Source: Candidatus Caldarchaeales archaeon
Lineage (GTDB): Archaea; Thermoproteota; Nitrososphaeria_A; Caldarchaeales; Wolframiiraptoraceae
Assembly (NCBI GenBank): GCA_039630055.1
Contig: JBCNVN010000004.1
Span: 1-64,000, forward strand
Reading direction: 5' to 3'
DNA: 64,000 nucleotides
Shown here: piece after piece, positions 48,284 to 57,736 of the stretch
Numbering within the stretch: position 1 is the stretch's first letter
Layout: each line of letters opens with the position of its first letter
Position numbers and translations under genes: made by a program
Notes under the pieces: generated by a model
What the model saw: the letters and a program-made list of their open reading frames with translations, nothing else
Database searches by the model: none
Told to the model about the DNA's origin: nothing

Positions 48284-49030
48284 TCATACTCTCTTCAACT
48301 TTAGAATATTGAATGCATTTTCGGTAGTTATCTCTTCGATCTTCTCGATAGGTAACTTTTTCAAAATGCTTATCCAACTGACGGAAATCTTTGCGTTTGA
48401 CGGTTTATTCACTTCTCCTGGAATGGGGGAGAGGGCTGGTGAATCCGACTCGATTAATATGTTTTCTAGTGGTAGCCTTCTTACAAGATTCTGCTTCTGG
48501 GGGCTTCTAGGTATTGATGGTGGAATACTGAAGAAGTAACCTTTCTTTACAGCCTCCTCAATATGTGAAGCTGAGCCATCGTAAGCATGCATTATTACTC
48601 TTTCAGCTTTACTATTTAATAATATTTCCAGAGCATATTTCCCAGCACTCCTAGAATGCACTATTAACGGTAGGTCTAGTCTTTTAGAGAGTTCAATAAA
48701 TTCTATGAAATACTTTTTCTGCAATTCCTTATCGACACTAAGCTTGGGGTGAAAGTCTAATCCAACTTCGCCTACCGCTACTATCCTATTAGAATTTTCT
48801 TCAATCAATTCTATGACCTTATTGACATCTTCTAGGTTGTATGGCATTAAACCTAGTGATGGATAGATGTTCATATAGTCAGATATCTCTAGAACTCTAA
48901 CCGAATCTTCAAATCCTAATCCAGAGCTGACGATGACTTCGATCCCTGCTCTTCTCGCATCTTCTAATATCTCATCTAATCTTCCCTCAAAAACTTTATC
49001 GGTAAGATGACAGTGAACATCCACGATCAT
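48284..49030 (-). CDS. tatD: TatD-family nuclease
   Basis: DVHCHL, VGEVGLD, HSR, ESDSP. Confidence 0.9.
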   Translation of the reverse strand: MIVDVHCHLTDKVFEGRLDEILEDARRAGIEVIVSSGLGFEDSVRVLEISDYMNIYPSLGLMPYNLEDVNKVIELIEENSNRIVAVGEVGLDFHPKLSVDKELQKKYFIEFIELSKRLDLPLIVHSRSAGKYALEILLNSKAERVIMHAYDGSASHIEEAVKKGYFFSIPPSIPRSPQKQNLVRRLPLENILIESDSPALSPIPGEVNKPSNAKISVSWISILKKLPIEKIEEITTENAFNILKLKRV

Positions 49031-49128
49031 TCCAGTAAAGAGACAGCATCCAACTATTTAATTCATAAGAGTACTCATAGTATTGATTACTGGAGAACTT
49101 TTTAAGAAACCTTTAAACTATTTCCTAC

Positions 49129-49785
49129 ATGCCCTACGTGTATGGAGATATCGAGATAAGTTGGCTTGGGCATGATTCATTCTATGTTAAGTATGCTGAT
49201 AAAAGGCTGTACTTTGATCCATACAAGATTAGGCCAAAAGATAAAGCATCACATATATTCATATCCCATGAACATTTCGACCATTTAAGTCTAGATGATA
49301 TAAGAAAGATAGTATCCCCGGAAACCAATGTCGTAGCCTCTGAGTCTTGTATGAGGCAACTCACATCTCTAAAGATAGGATTATTGAATTATATGAGGGC
49401 GGGTGATGAACTGGTAGTCTCAGGTGTAAGAGTTAAGGCAGTTCCAGCATATAACTTAAACAAGTTTAGAGAGCCGGGTATAGTATATCATCCTAAAGCT
49501 GCTGGCGGTGTTGGTTACATAGTTGAATTAGGTGGAGTTAAAATATACCATATGGGTGATACAGATTTTATACCTGAGATGAAGAACCTATCAGCCGACA
49601 TAGTCTTCGTACCTGTTAGTGGCACTTTCGTAATGACAGCTGAAGAAGCAGCTCAAGCTGTAAATGAGATTAAGCCGAAGATAGCGATACCGATGCATTA
49701 TGGTGCAATAGTTGGAGGTAGCAAGGATGTTGAAGAATTTAAGAAGAGGGCGAATGTAGAAGTGGTCACTCTAGAGAAGGAGTGA
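49129..49785 (+). CDS. Metallo-beta-lactamase-fold hydrolase
   Basis: WLGH, SHEHFDH, YHMGDT, IPMHYG. Confidence 0.88.
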   Translation: MPYVYGDIEISWLGHDSFYVKYADKRLYFDPYKIRPKDKASHIFISHEHFDHLSLDDIRKIVSPETNVVASESCMRQLTSLKIGLLNYMRAGDELVVSGVRVKAVPAYNLNKFREPGIVYHPKAAGGVGYIVELGGVKIYHMGDTDFIPEMKNLSADIVFVPVSGTFVMTAEEAAQAVNEIKPKIAIPMHYGAIVGGSKDVEEFKKRANVEVVTLEKE

Positions 49786-49791
49786 GAGAAT

Positions 49792-50223
49792 ATGGAGAGA
49801 TGCCAACATGACTATGTTTACGGAGGTCTCTTAAATATCTTCGATGGAGAGATACTACTAAAAGTGATCGAATACTGGAAGTGTAGGAGGTGTGGAATAA
49901 TCAGAGCTAGTTTTAGGACCATGGATACAGTCTCATCTACATATGGCATGCTCCCGGAACCTACATCAGTTGAAGAAAGATGGATAGTCCTAATATGTGG
50001 ATATAAGAAAGATGCAGAACTTTATTCTATTAAGATAGGAGATGAAATTTTACATGGTTGTAGAGGTGGTGAGATAAAACTCCACGTTTATGAAGGATGG
50101 AAAATTAAGAGTATTGATGGAGAAGAGGTAGTAGGCCACTATAGCTTCCTCCTTGAGGAGGTCACTGCAGGATATATTGACCTATCGAGAGAGCCATTGA
50201 AGATTGTTGGTGTCCGGCATTAA
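49792..50223 (+). CDS. Hypothetical protein with putative Zn ribbon
   Basis: CQH..CRRCG at the N-terminus; starts 6 nt after the MBL gene. Confidence 0.55.
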   Translation: MERCQHDYVYGGLLNIFDGEILLKVIEYWKCRRCGIIRASFRTMDTVSSTYGMLPEPTSVEERWIVLICGYKKDAELYSIKIGDEILHGCRGGEIKLHVYEGWKIKSIDGEEVVGHYSFLLEEVTAGYIDLSREPLKIVGVRH

Positions 50224-50253
50224 ACAACCCCTACTTGTCCTCAGCTATCTTTT

Positions 50254-51444
50254 CTAGAGTATTACATCTTTCATCTTTATGAGCTCTGTATAGGTCTTCT
50301 CTATATCTTCATCATTATTGTAGAAGTCTACTGATATTCTAACTATACCTGGCCTAGCCGAGACCACGACCTTCTTCTTGGATAATTCTTCTACAACTTT
50401 ATACGGATCTCTTGCATATAGGCTTATTATCCCACTTCTCCTATCTTCTCTGATTGGAGAATAGATCTTAAAACCGTTATCGACTAATTCATCTATCATC
50501 ATAGAGGTCATCTTCTGTATTCTTCTCCAATTCGATTCAATGTTAAGCTTTCTAAAGTATCTGAGCGATTCTGCTAAACCTACTATGCTGGGTCCAGACC
50601 AGCTACCCCATTCATATCTAGATGCAGAACTGGAGGGTTCAGCATCCAATAGAGGTAGAGGTCTTTCGAACAATCTACCTTCACCTCTGGTCATCCTATC
50701 TACTACTGAGTCTTTTACACCAAGCCACCCTATCCAACACCTTGTAAATACTGTATCTAGTAGCTCCTTGTTTATGTATAAGAAGGCTGCACCACTAGGT
50801 GCGAGAAGCCATTTATATGAACCGCATAAAGCAATGTCTACTCCAAGTTCTTTCAAGTTTAGTGGAAATACTCCTACAGCATGGAATATATCGCTTATTA
50901 ATAATGCTCCTTTTTCATGGGTTATCTTAGAGATTTCTTTTAGATCTTCTCTATACCCACTCAGCCATCCAACCATATCTACTGATACTATGATGGTCTT
51001 ATCATCTATAAGCTTCTCATACTCTTCTAGTGGTATCGATCCATGCCTATACCTTGCTACCCTAATCTCATCAACTAATCTGTTCCTCAAAGTAGAGGAG
51101 AATACATTAAAGTTTGTTGGGAAGTTATGTTCAGCAAGTACTATATTAGAGTCATTCCTCCACTGGATAGAGGAGGCGATAGCGATTAAACCAGTAGAAG
51201 TATTCGGTATAACTGCGATTTCATCATCTTTAACTCCGATCATGTCTGCGAAGAGTTTACGAGATTCTAATACATCTTTTATTACTCTTTCCCAGTCTTC
51301 TCCATCCATTAGCCAACTATTCAAAAACTCCTCCACAACCATGTGTACATGCTTAGATATGGCCCCGCTAGAAGCAGTATCAAGATAGGTATATCTTGAG
51401 AGTAGGGGGAAATCCTTTCTTATCTCATCATAATTCATAGACAA
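50254..51444 (-). CDS. Class V PLP-dependent enzyme (cysteine desulfurase/kynureninase-like)
   Basis: YLDTASSG, NTSTG, DIFHAVG, GSYKWL PLP-lysine, RIS..FYN. Confidence 0.85.
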   Translation of the reverse strand: MSMNYDEIRKDFPLLSRYTYLDTASSGAISKHVHMVVEEFLNSWLMDGEDWERVIKDVLESRKLFADMIGVKDDEIAVIPNTSTGLIAIASSIQWRNDSNIVLAEHNFPTNFNVFSSTLRNRLVDEIRVARYRHGSIPLEEYEKLIDDKTIIVSVDMVGWLSGYREDLKEISKITHEKGALLISDIFHAVGVFPLNLKELGVDIALCGSYKWLLAPSGAAFLYINKELLDTVFTRCWIGWLGVKDSVVDRMTRGEGRLFERPLPLLDAEPSSSASRYEWGSWSGPSIVGLAESLRYFRKLNIESNWRRIQKMTSMMIDELVDNGFKIYSPIREDRRSGIISLYARDPYKVVEELSKKKVVVSARPGIVRISVDFYNNDEDIEKTYTELIKMKDVIL

Positions 51445-51496
51445 TATTTTTCAATGGTAAAAAATAAATCCTTATAGTTGTAAGGAGATAGGTATT

Positions 51497-52642
51497 TTAG
51501 GAGACTGGCTCGTAGATTATTCCGAGCATCTTTGCATAATTGTAGGCTTCTGCAATCTCCTCTCCGTACAACCTTCTAGAGATGTCTCTGTATAAGTGTG
51601 GTTTCATTACTACTCGATACTCTGGCCTATACTGTTCCATGATATTTACTAGAACCTTATCACCTATATGGTCTGCTATCCACTGAAGGATTGGTTTAGT
51701 ATCACATTCTATATGATTAGGCATTACTAGATGTCTGATTATCATATCTCCATTCTCTGAAGCTATAAGATGGTTCCTGGTTACAACCTCTCTATAACCC
51801 TTCTTTACACCTACTCTAGATAGCCTCCTCGCACATTCATTACTCCAATACTTGAAGTCAGGCAACCATATATCGATAACATCCACTAATAGCTTCATAG
51901 CTTCTTCACTCATATACATGTTACTGTTCCACAGTATCGGTACATTCACATCAAGATGCTTAAGAGATTCAAGTATTACGTGTAGGTTGGGGGTTGGTTC
52001 ACCACCCACATAGTTTATATTAGCAGCCCCCTCAAGTCTAAGCCTCTTTGCTATAGTAGCAAGTCTCCTAGCATCAGATTCAACTCCAGCTTCTTCTACC
52101 CCTCCCGCTGGCTGAGAAATATCCCAATTCTGACAGAATACACAATGGAAGTTACATGATGTAAAGAATATTGTTCCTGAGCCTCCCTTACCTTCGACAC
52201 CTATTAGAGGTGCCTCTTCACCATAATGATGGAAGAAGCTTGAGATATATGCTCTATGATCTAGCTTGCATACCCCTCTCTGACCTCTCGTTCTATCTAT
52301 ACCACATCTCCATTCACAGAAGTGGCAACTCTTCAACATCCTCCTAGCTAGCTCGATCTTCAAATCTAGGAAAGAAGGTTCGGTAAACCTAGTCTCGATA
52401 CCTCTAGATCCTTTCTCAAAATATTCCTCGAATAATCTTGATGAATCAACATGTAATTCATCGTTTAATCTCCATAATTCATCTACTGAAGCCTTATCTA
52501 GATCAATATCGACAGGGATCGTCTTTAGTATCATGAACTTGGCAGGCGTATTGTTAAGCATCACAGACCTATACCATCTCAACCTCTTTCTTACTTCATC
52601 GTTACGCCAGACCATTACCGCATCTGGTCTAAAGAGAAGCAT
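51497..52642 (-). CDS. Radical SAM protein, PflX-like
   Basis: CHFCEWRC, GSGTIFF, CNFHCVFCQN, VGGEPTP, IRHLVMP. Confidence 0.85.
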   Translation of the reverse strand: MLLFRPDAVMVWRNDEVRKRLRWYRSVMLNNTPAKFMILKTIPVDIDLDKASVDELWRLNDELHVDSSRLFEEYFEKGSRGIETRFTEPSFLDLKIELARRMLKSCHFCEWRCGIDRTRGQRGVCKLDHRAYISSFFHHYGEEAPLIGVEGKGGSGTIFFTSCNFHCVFCQNWDISQPAGGVEEAGVESDARRLATIAKRLRLEGAANINYVGGEPTPNLHVILESLKHLDVNVPILWNSNMYMSEEAMKLLVDVIDIWLPDFKYWSNECARRLSRVGVKKGYREVVTRNHLIASENGDMIIRHLVMPNHIECDTKPILQWIADHIGDKVLVNIMEQYRPEYRVVMKPHLYRDISRRLYGEEIAEAYNYAKMLGIIYEPVS

Positions 52643-52716
52643 GCTTAAGCCCTCTAATCTCTAGGTATATATCACCAAGTATTATTATAACATTTTTCTA
52701 AGACTTAATCTTTAGA

Positions 52717-53112
52717 ATGGTTATGAGTGGTGGGAGGCATAGCTACAAGGCTTTAAGATACTTTACGAAACTCTCCGATAGAGAGCATGCCATATTTGAG
52801 GCGGGAATAGCGTTAGCATCTATATTCCATCAACTTGTAGGCATGCCATTAGATATCAATTCGATCAAAGAAATAGAGAAGGCATTGAGTAATACATTCT
52901 CTTCCCAACCTTTTAGGAAAACTGTTGAGATAAGGATTAGGGAAGATTATGTTAAACGTGGATTCGAGGAGCCATACGATTATGGGGTAATCACCCCTGA
53001 GTCTCTAGATGTAAGAGTTTTAATAGAGTATGGAGAAGCGAGGGTTTTAGCTAGGCTAAATTGGATAGATGATATAGGTTATCCACTAATGTATGTTGAA
53101 AAAGTTACTTAG
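52717..53112 (+). CDS. mptD: Archaeal dihydroneopterin aldolase
   Basis: REHAIFEAGI.L..IFHQ.VG.P and YPLMYV. Confidence 0.85.
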   Translation: MVMSGGRHSYKALRYFTKLSDREHAIFEAGIALASIFHQLVGMPLDINSIKEIEKALSNTFSSQPFRKTVEIRIREDYVKRGFEEPYDYGVITPESLDVRVLIEYGEARVLARLNWIDDIGYPLMYVEKVT

Positions 53113-53300
53113 ACGTCTAGAACTCTAGAGAATTGTGAAGAGGATCTACATTATTTCCGGGCCATACTATAATGGTGAGCGTCTTTAATCTTTAAGAACC
53201 TTTTAAAGAAATAATAGAATGATTTTTTACAATCTTCATACCAATAAAGGTTCAATCTAACTCTAGGGTTGAATGTCTTGATTGTTCTCTAGATCGTAAC

Positions 53301-53822
53301 CTATTTAAAAGATGGTAGTTTTACTCCTCTCTGACCTTGATATCTTCCTTTATATGGTTTCTCAACTGCTGAAGAGAGTTTTGCGAATACTACATGTAGG
53401 AATCTATCTCCAGAATAGAGTTTTACTGGGAAATCTCCTCCAACCAGCTCTATCGTTAACTCTCCCTCAAAATTTGCATCTATAATTGTTGGAGGGATGC
53501 TTAGACCTATCCTAGCATAGCTACTCCTCAGATTAACGAACCCCATCAAGTCTACGGGTAGCTTGATGTACTCGAGTGTATGAAGTAGGACGTGTTCTCT
53601 AGGCCAGATTATGAAACTGTCTGACACTTCTATGCTATAATAATCCTCTATGTTGCTAGAGTCTCTAGTGTCCAGAGGCTTTGCAAGATTCTTCATTCTT
53701 GCTATAGTTCTACCTATCCTAAGATCGAGTCCATTCTCTCTAACGATAGATTCATGGAAAGGCTCAACGGTAAGTCTTCCATTCTTGATATATGCCCAAA
53801 GGTCGAAATCGCTCAATATCAA
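53301..53822 (-). CDS. dcd: dCTP deaminase
   Basis: MILSD, ENGLDLR, RSSYAR.G, IDANFEGELTIE, Y.GRYQGQRG. Confidence 0.9.
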   Translation of the reverse strand: MILSDFDLWAYIKNGRLTVEPFHESIVRENGLDLRIGRTIARMKNLAKPLDTRDSSNIEDYYSIEVSDSFIIWPREHVLLHTLEYIKLPVDLMGFVNLRSSYARIGLSIPPTIIDANFEGELTIELVGGDFPVKLYSGDRFLHVVFAKLSSAVEKPYKGRYQGQRGVKLPSFK

Positions 53823-53904
53823 CCTATATCACTATCTTCACCCAAGAAATACATCTTTAAAATCATGTCTTCATGATAAAGCTTGGATTCCTTTCTAGAT
53901 ATTT

Positions 53905-54693
53905 CTAGGGTTCGACTTCAATAATATCCATATCTTTTACTACGTATACTCTGCATCCAGTCTCTCTTCTAAGCTTATCTTCGAGAGGACGTTCTCTACC
54001 TTCCCAAGCGGGGTATAGATGTGTTACTAATAGTAGCTTCGGCCGTGATTTCTTCACTATGTCTACTAATTCTTCATCTGAGGTATGTTTACCTAAGAGC
54101 ATTTCTTTTGGAAACGAGCATTCATGTATTAGTATGTCAACATCCTTGGCTAGATTAATCATTCTCTCATCATAGACTGTATCTCCAGAGTAAGCTAGAC
54201 TAAGACCGTCAACCTCAAACCTATACGCAACACTATTATAGTGTTCAACTGAAGAAGAATATATTTTAAGACTTGACGATTCTACTACGGATCCATCTTC
54301 AACCTCATAAGTATAGAGGTAGTTAGAGTGCTTCATCATCTCTGAAAGATAGCTGTATGCACCGCCATGATGTATCATCTTGTCTAGAAATTCTTTCAAT
54401 CCAGATGGACCATAAACCTCTAGCTTTGGAGGATTTTGCATAGGTCTCCCAAATTCATCGAAAAGTCTAATCTTTATCATGGCGGGTAGATCTAATACAT
54501 GATCTATGTGAAGATGGGTGATAAGGATCTTACCAATGCTATTAGGGTTTACATCTCTTCTCCTCAGCTTCTCTATTGTTCCAGGTCCAGAGTCTAATAG
54601 GATCTTTCCTCCTGAGTACTCTATCAAGAATGAGGTTGAGAACCTGGATCTGGTGGGGATAATAGAGCCCGAGCCGAGTACAGTTATCTTCAG
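53905..54693 (-). CDS. RNase Z/ElaC-like MBL hydrolase; probable CTG start
   Basis: THLHIDH, YSGDT, HECSF, HTS, THLYP; frame extends upstream of the ORF-track start to (M)KITVLGSGS. Confidence 0.8.
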   Translation of the reverse strand: MKITVLGSGSIIPTRSRFSTSFLIEYSGGKILLDSGPGTIEKLRRRDVNPNSIGKILITHLHIDHVLDLPAMIKIRLFDEFGRPMQNPPKLEVYGPSGLKEFLDKMIHHGGAYSYLSEMMKHSNYLYTYEVEDGSVVESSSLKIYSSSVEHYNSVAYRFEVDGLSLAYSGDTVYDERMINLAKDVDILIHECSFPKEMLLGKHTSDEELVDIVKKSRPKLLLVTHLYPAWEGRERPLEDKLRRETGCRVYVVKDMDIIEVEP

Positions 54694-54698
54694 ATTAG

Positions 54699-55376
54699 CT
54701 ACACCCTCCTAGATAGGATCTCAACCCAAGGATTTTCTTTGATGAAGGAGGGTAAGAAAATTTTCTCATCTTTAAGGATATTTGAAGTATTCCTTTCCTC
54801 TACAAGCTTCTTTACATTATCAGTGGAGAGCTTAATCTTTTCAATCTCACTTACTCTGATAGCTATCATTTTCTGTTCTTTTTCAAGTCTATCCAGCCTA
54901 GCCTCTAGTTCTTCAAGCATCTTTATTATTCTTAAGATCTCAGATTTTATGAGGGCAAGCTCATACATGTCACGAAAATTACCATTATCCTTTATCAATT
55001 CTTTCTTCTGTTTTTTATCTTCAATCTTTGGGGGAACTATTTCTTCCGCTCCCATCGTATCATATATCACCAGACCTAATCCATGCCTTGCTAATACTCC
55101 TTCATCCACTACTTTCGAGAACTTTCTTGGAACAGCTAATACTACGCCATCGAATTCTCTTATCAGCTTCTCTGCTTCGATCAATGCTTCATGGATCGTA
55201 GACCTCGAACAGCATGATTCCTCACTGAGAATATTGACTATTATCTCTCTTCTTCCATCTGAGAGTATGAGCTGACCATCGATACATATAGACTCGTATC
55301 TTCTCCCAACTTCATGGTAGCCTTCATCTGAGAATAATGTAGATATTATGTCTTCAGAAGTTATTTTCTTACGCAT
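54699..55376 (-). CDS. Arcadin-2-like crenactin regulator
   Basis: Overlaps the crenactin stop; coiled coil; C-terminal ENPWVEILSRR resembles the actin-groove-binding tail of Pyrobaculum arcadin-2. Confidence 0.75.
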   Translation of the reverse strand: MRKKITSEDIISTLFSDEGYHEVGRRYESICIDGQLILSDGRREIIVNILSEESCCSRSTIHEALIEAEKLIREFDGVVLAVPRKFSKVVDEGVLARHGLGLVIYDTMGAEEIVPPKIEDKKQKKELIKDNGNFRDMYELALIKSEILRIIKMLEELEARLDRLEKEQKMIAIRVSEIEKIKLSTDNVKKLVEERNTSNILKDEKIFLPSFIKENPWVEILSRRV

Positions 55377-56646
55377 AGTTTACCCATCCCTCCATCCTCT
55401 CCCACCTCCATCTAAAATCGTATGGGATAGCATATCCATAAACTATGCAACCCCTCCATACCGAGAATGTTGGGTCTTTAGTGACGATCACTTGAACATT
55501 CTCGATCCCCTTCTCCTTCATCATCAGCTTGACCTTATCATCTGATGTAACTGCGACCCCTTCTAACCCTCTCGGGACTCTCCAGTTAAAGTTTCCACCT
55601 GATAGGATTATCTTTGAGAAAAGGTGGGGTTGAAGTTCTATAGAGCACTTCTCTACAGCTTCTATAATTGATTCAGCCATATCCGTCATGCCATAAAAGT
55701 ATGTATCACCTATCTTTACATCGCTAGGCTTATTCATGCCTCTCTTGAAATAGCTTTGGAAGATCTCATGTCCAGGATTTACAGTATACTCGCCTATTAG
55801 GAATCTTGTCCAGCTCTGCTCTCCTAGATCTATCTTGATCCTCGTACCCTCTATCTTTAATTCCGCTCTAACCTTCTCTGGATTCTTCTTAGCGAACTCT
55901 AGTGCTTCCTCAAGTCTTCTAGGCATGAGACCTAACTGCTCTTTCACTTTTCTTACTAGACCTTCTTCTTTCGCTAAGTCACCATAACCGGAATCCTTTA
56001 AGATCTCTGAAGTTAGTTTGTTTCCATCGGCTCCGCCTCTATTCAAAGCAACTACCGCATTCCTTATTGGGTACATTGAGATCGGACATACTTGAGTATT
56101 TCCATGCCCGCTCTCAACAACTACACATGTGGGGATTTTTTGAGAGATAGCTACAGCTAGAGGTTGTGGTATTATGGTAGCAGCTCTAACCATCATCTTT
56201 TCAGAATTCATTTCTCCAAGTATGTTGAATAACTCTTCATACATGTATCTTGGAGCTGTTATAGTCAGACTTCCCACGACGTAGAATCCTCTAAAATCTG
56301 GATCACTGGGGATGAAGTTCTCGATAGAATACTTTGTAAGTTCTCTTATTACTCTCCAGGCCTTTACATCGTTCTTCTCTATTAAACCATTCTTCATCGG
56401 GTAGATAAGCCTCTCAGATAGATCTTCTCTCGCCTCAAGGAATGATGGGAGATCTCTGCCTACCACGATATCTCTATTTACACCCATGATCCTAGACATA
56501 ACAGAACTCTTATCAATATAATACCCTCTATTCTCAACTACTTCAGGTACCTCCCCTATAGTTATAGGGCCATACTTGAAATCGCTTGTACCATAATCGA
56601 TCGCGAAGACATGTGATCGTTTATATTCTTCACTCAAATGAATCAA
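55369..56646 (-). CDS. Crenactin (archaeal actin)
   Basis: Phosphate-1 IDYGTS, YPMKNG.I, IPQPLAVA, phosphate-2 ESGHGNTQ, IILSGG, VWRG; start may be the TTG at 56637. Confidence 0.92.
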   Translation of the reverse strand: MIHLSEEYKRSHVFAIDYGTSDFKYGPITIGEVPEVVENRGYYIDKSSVMSRIMGVNRDIVVGRDLPSFLEAREDLSERLIYPMKNGLIEKNDVKAWRVIRELTKYSIENFIPSDPDFRGFYVVGSLTITAPRYMYEELFNILGEMNSEKMMVRAATIIPQPLAVAISQKIPTCVVVESGHGNTQVCPISMYPIRNAVVALNRGGADGNKLTSEILKDSGYGDLAKEEGLVRKVKEQLGLMPRRLEEALEFAKKNPEKVRAELKIEGTRIKIDLGEQSWTRFLIGEYTVNPGHEIFQSYFKRGMNKPSDVKIGDTYFYGMTDMAESIIEAVEKCSIELQPHLFSKIILSGGNFNWRVPRGLEGVAVTSDDKVKLMMKEKGIENVQVIVTKDPTFSVWRGCIVYGYAIPYDFRWRWERMEGWVNYA

Positions 56647-57176
56647 ACCTCCTTGACCATAAAGTATTCAATAAGTTTTGAGTGGATCATCTTGACAGCA
56701 TCAACATCTCTTGAACTAATCCTATATGAGGCTGTCAGTTTTCCAAAGAGTGGATAGGTCTCCAACACGATCTCTACTCCATGGATCTTTAATCTCTTAA
56801 CCTCATTCATTCTAGAGTCTAGATTTAACTTTCTCGCGACTTCCCCAAAATCAATACCTCTAAAAAAATAGTATACATCTATATACCAACATCCACCCCC
56901 GTTAACGATCTGTCTCACAACATCTTTTAGTCCAGCTGGATCTATCAATCCATCTTTATCTCTTAGAGAGAGTATAACTTCTGATCGATCCTCGCTCTCT
57001 GCAAGTGGCTCTAACTTAAACTTCTCCTTCTCTAGCATGTTATCTATCTTCTTCCATCCATGCCGAGATAATGTTGAGAGCAGGTTTTTCCATCCACCAG
57101 TGTATTGATAGAATCTACAGACTAGCCTGATATCAAGGTTGGTCATATCCAGATTACTATCTGATATCTCTGCCAT
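56643..57176 (-). CDS. Hypothetical protein translationally coupled to crenactin
   Basis: ORF ends with GGAGGT and its stop abuts the crenactin start; start uncertain (57233, 57176 or 57146). Confidence 0.65.
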   Translation of the reverse strand: MAEISDSNLDMTNLDIRLVCRFYQYTGGWKNLLSTLSRHGWKKIDNMLEKEKFKLEPLAESEDRSEVILSLRDKDGLIDPAGLKDVVRQIVNGGGCWYIDVYYFFRGIDFGEVARKLNLDSRMNEVKRLKIHGVEIVLETYPLFGKLTASYRISSRDVDAVKMIHSKLIEYFMVKEV

Positions 57177-57248
57177 CCTAGAATATATCTCTTGGAGAGA
57201 TATCTGAAAGTGGATAAAAATATAAACCACCACTTTCTTGTATCATCC

Positions 57249-57599
57249 ATGGTTAAGGTCTGGAGAAGGGGCCCATGGATAGACTTTAGAGAGAAGATCT
57301 CTATAAAGACTTTAAGCTATGGTGAGAACTGTCTTCTAGTACTTTTTAAGATAGATTCTGGTGGGCAGGTTCCATTACATAGTCATCCCCAAGACCAGTA
57401 TGGGCTAGTGATAAGTGGGAGAGGTTACTTTACTTCAAGAGATGGGAATGTAGAAGTAGCTGAGGGAGACTCCTACCATATTCGATCAAATGAAGAACAT
57501 GGATTTGCTGCTATAACGGATGTAGTCGTAATAGACATATTTGTACCACCGAGAGAAGACTATCTAAAACTAGCTCGGAGACCAGATGTCGATTACTAG
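57249..57599 (+). CDS. Cupin-domain protein
   Basis: PLHSHPQDQ..G.G and H motifs, DIFVPPREDY; TATA-like ATATAAA ~25 nt upstream. Confidence 0.85.
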   Translation: MVKVWRRGPWIDFREKISIKTLSYGENCLLVLFKIDSGGQVPLHSHPQDQYGLVISGRGYFTSRDGNVEVAEGDSYHIRSNEEHGFAAITDVVVIDIFVPPREDYLKLARRPDVDY

Positions 57600-57736
57600 T
57601 AGATGAGAGATTGAGTTTTCTGAGAGCATAGGTTATGGCCCCATCAATATTTATCGATAAATTTAATGTCTTTTCTGAAATCTAGAGTAGCGTTAAATAG
57701 GTCGTAGATCAAAAGTAGAGAAGGAGAAGGGGGAAG

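Noticed and set aside
50540-51388. 282-aa antisense ORF and the many other short shadow ORFs in the track
   Set aside because: They lie opposite or out of frame within well-supported genes, are Ser/Ile-rich and show no motifs
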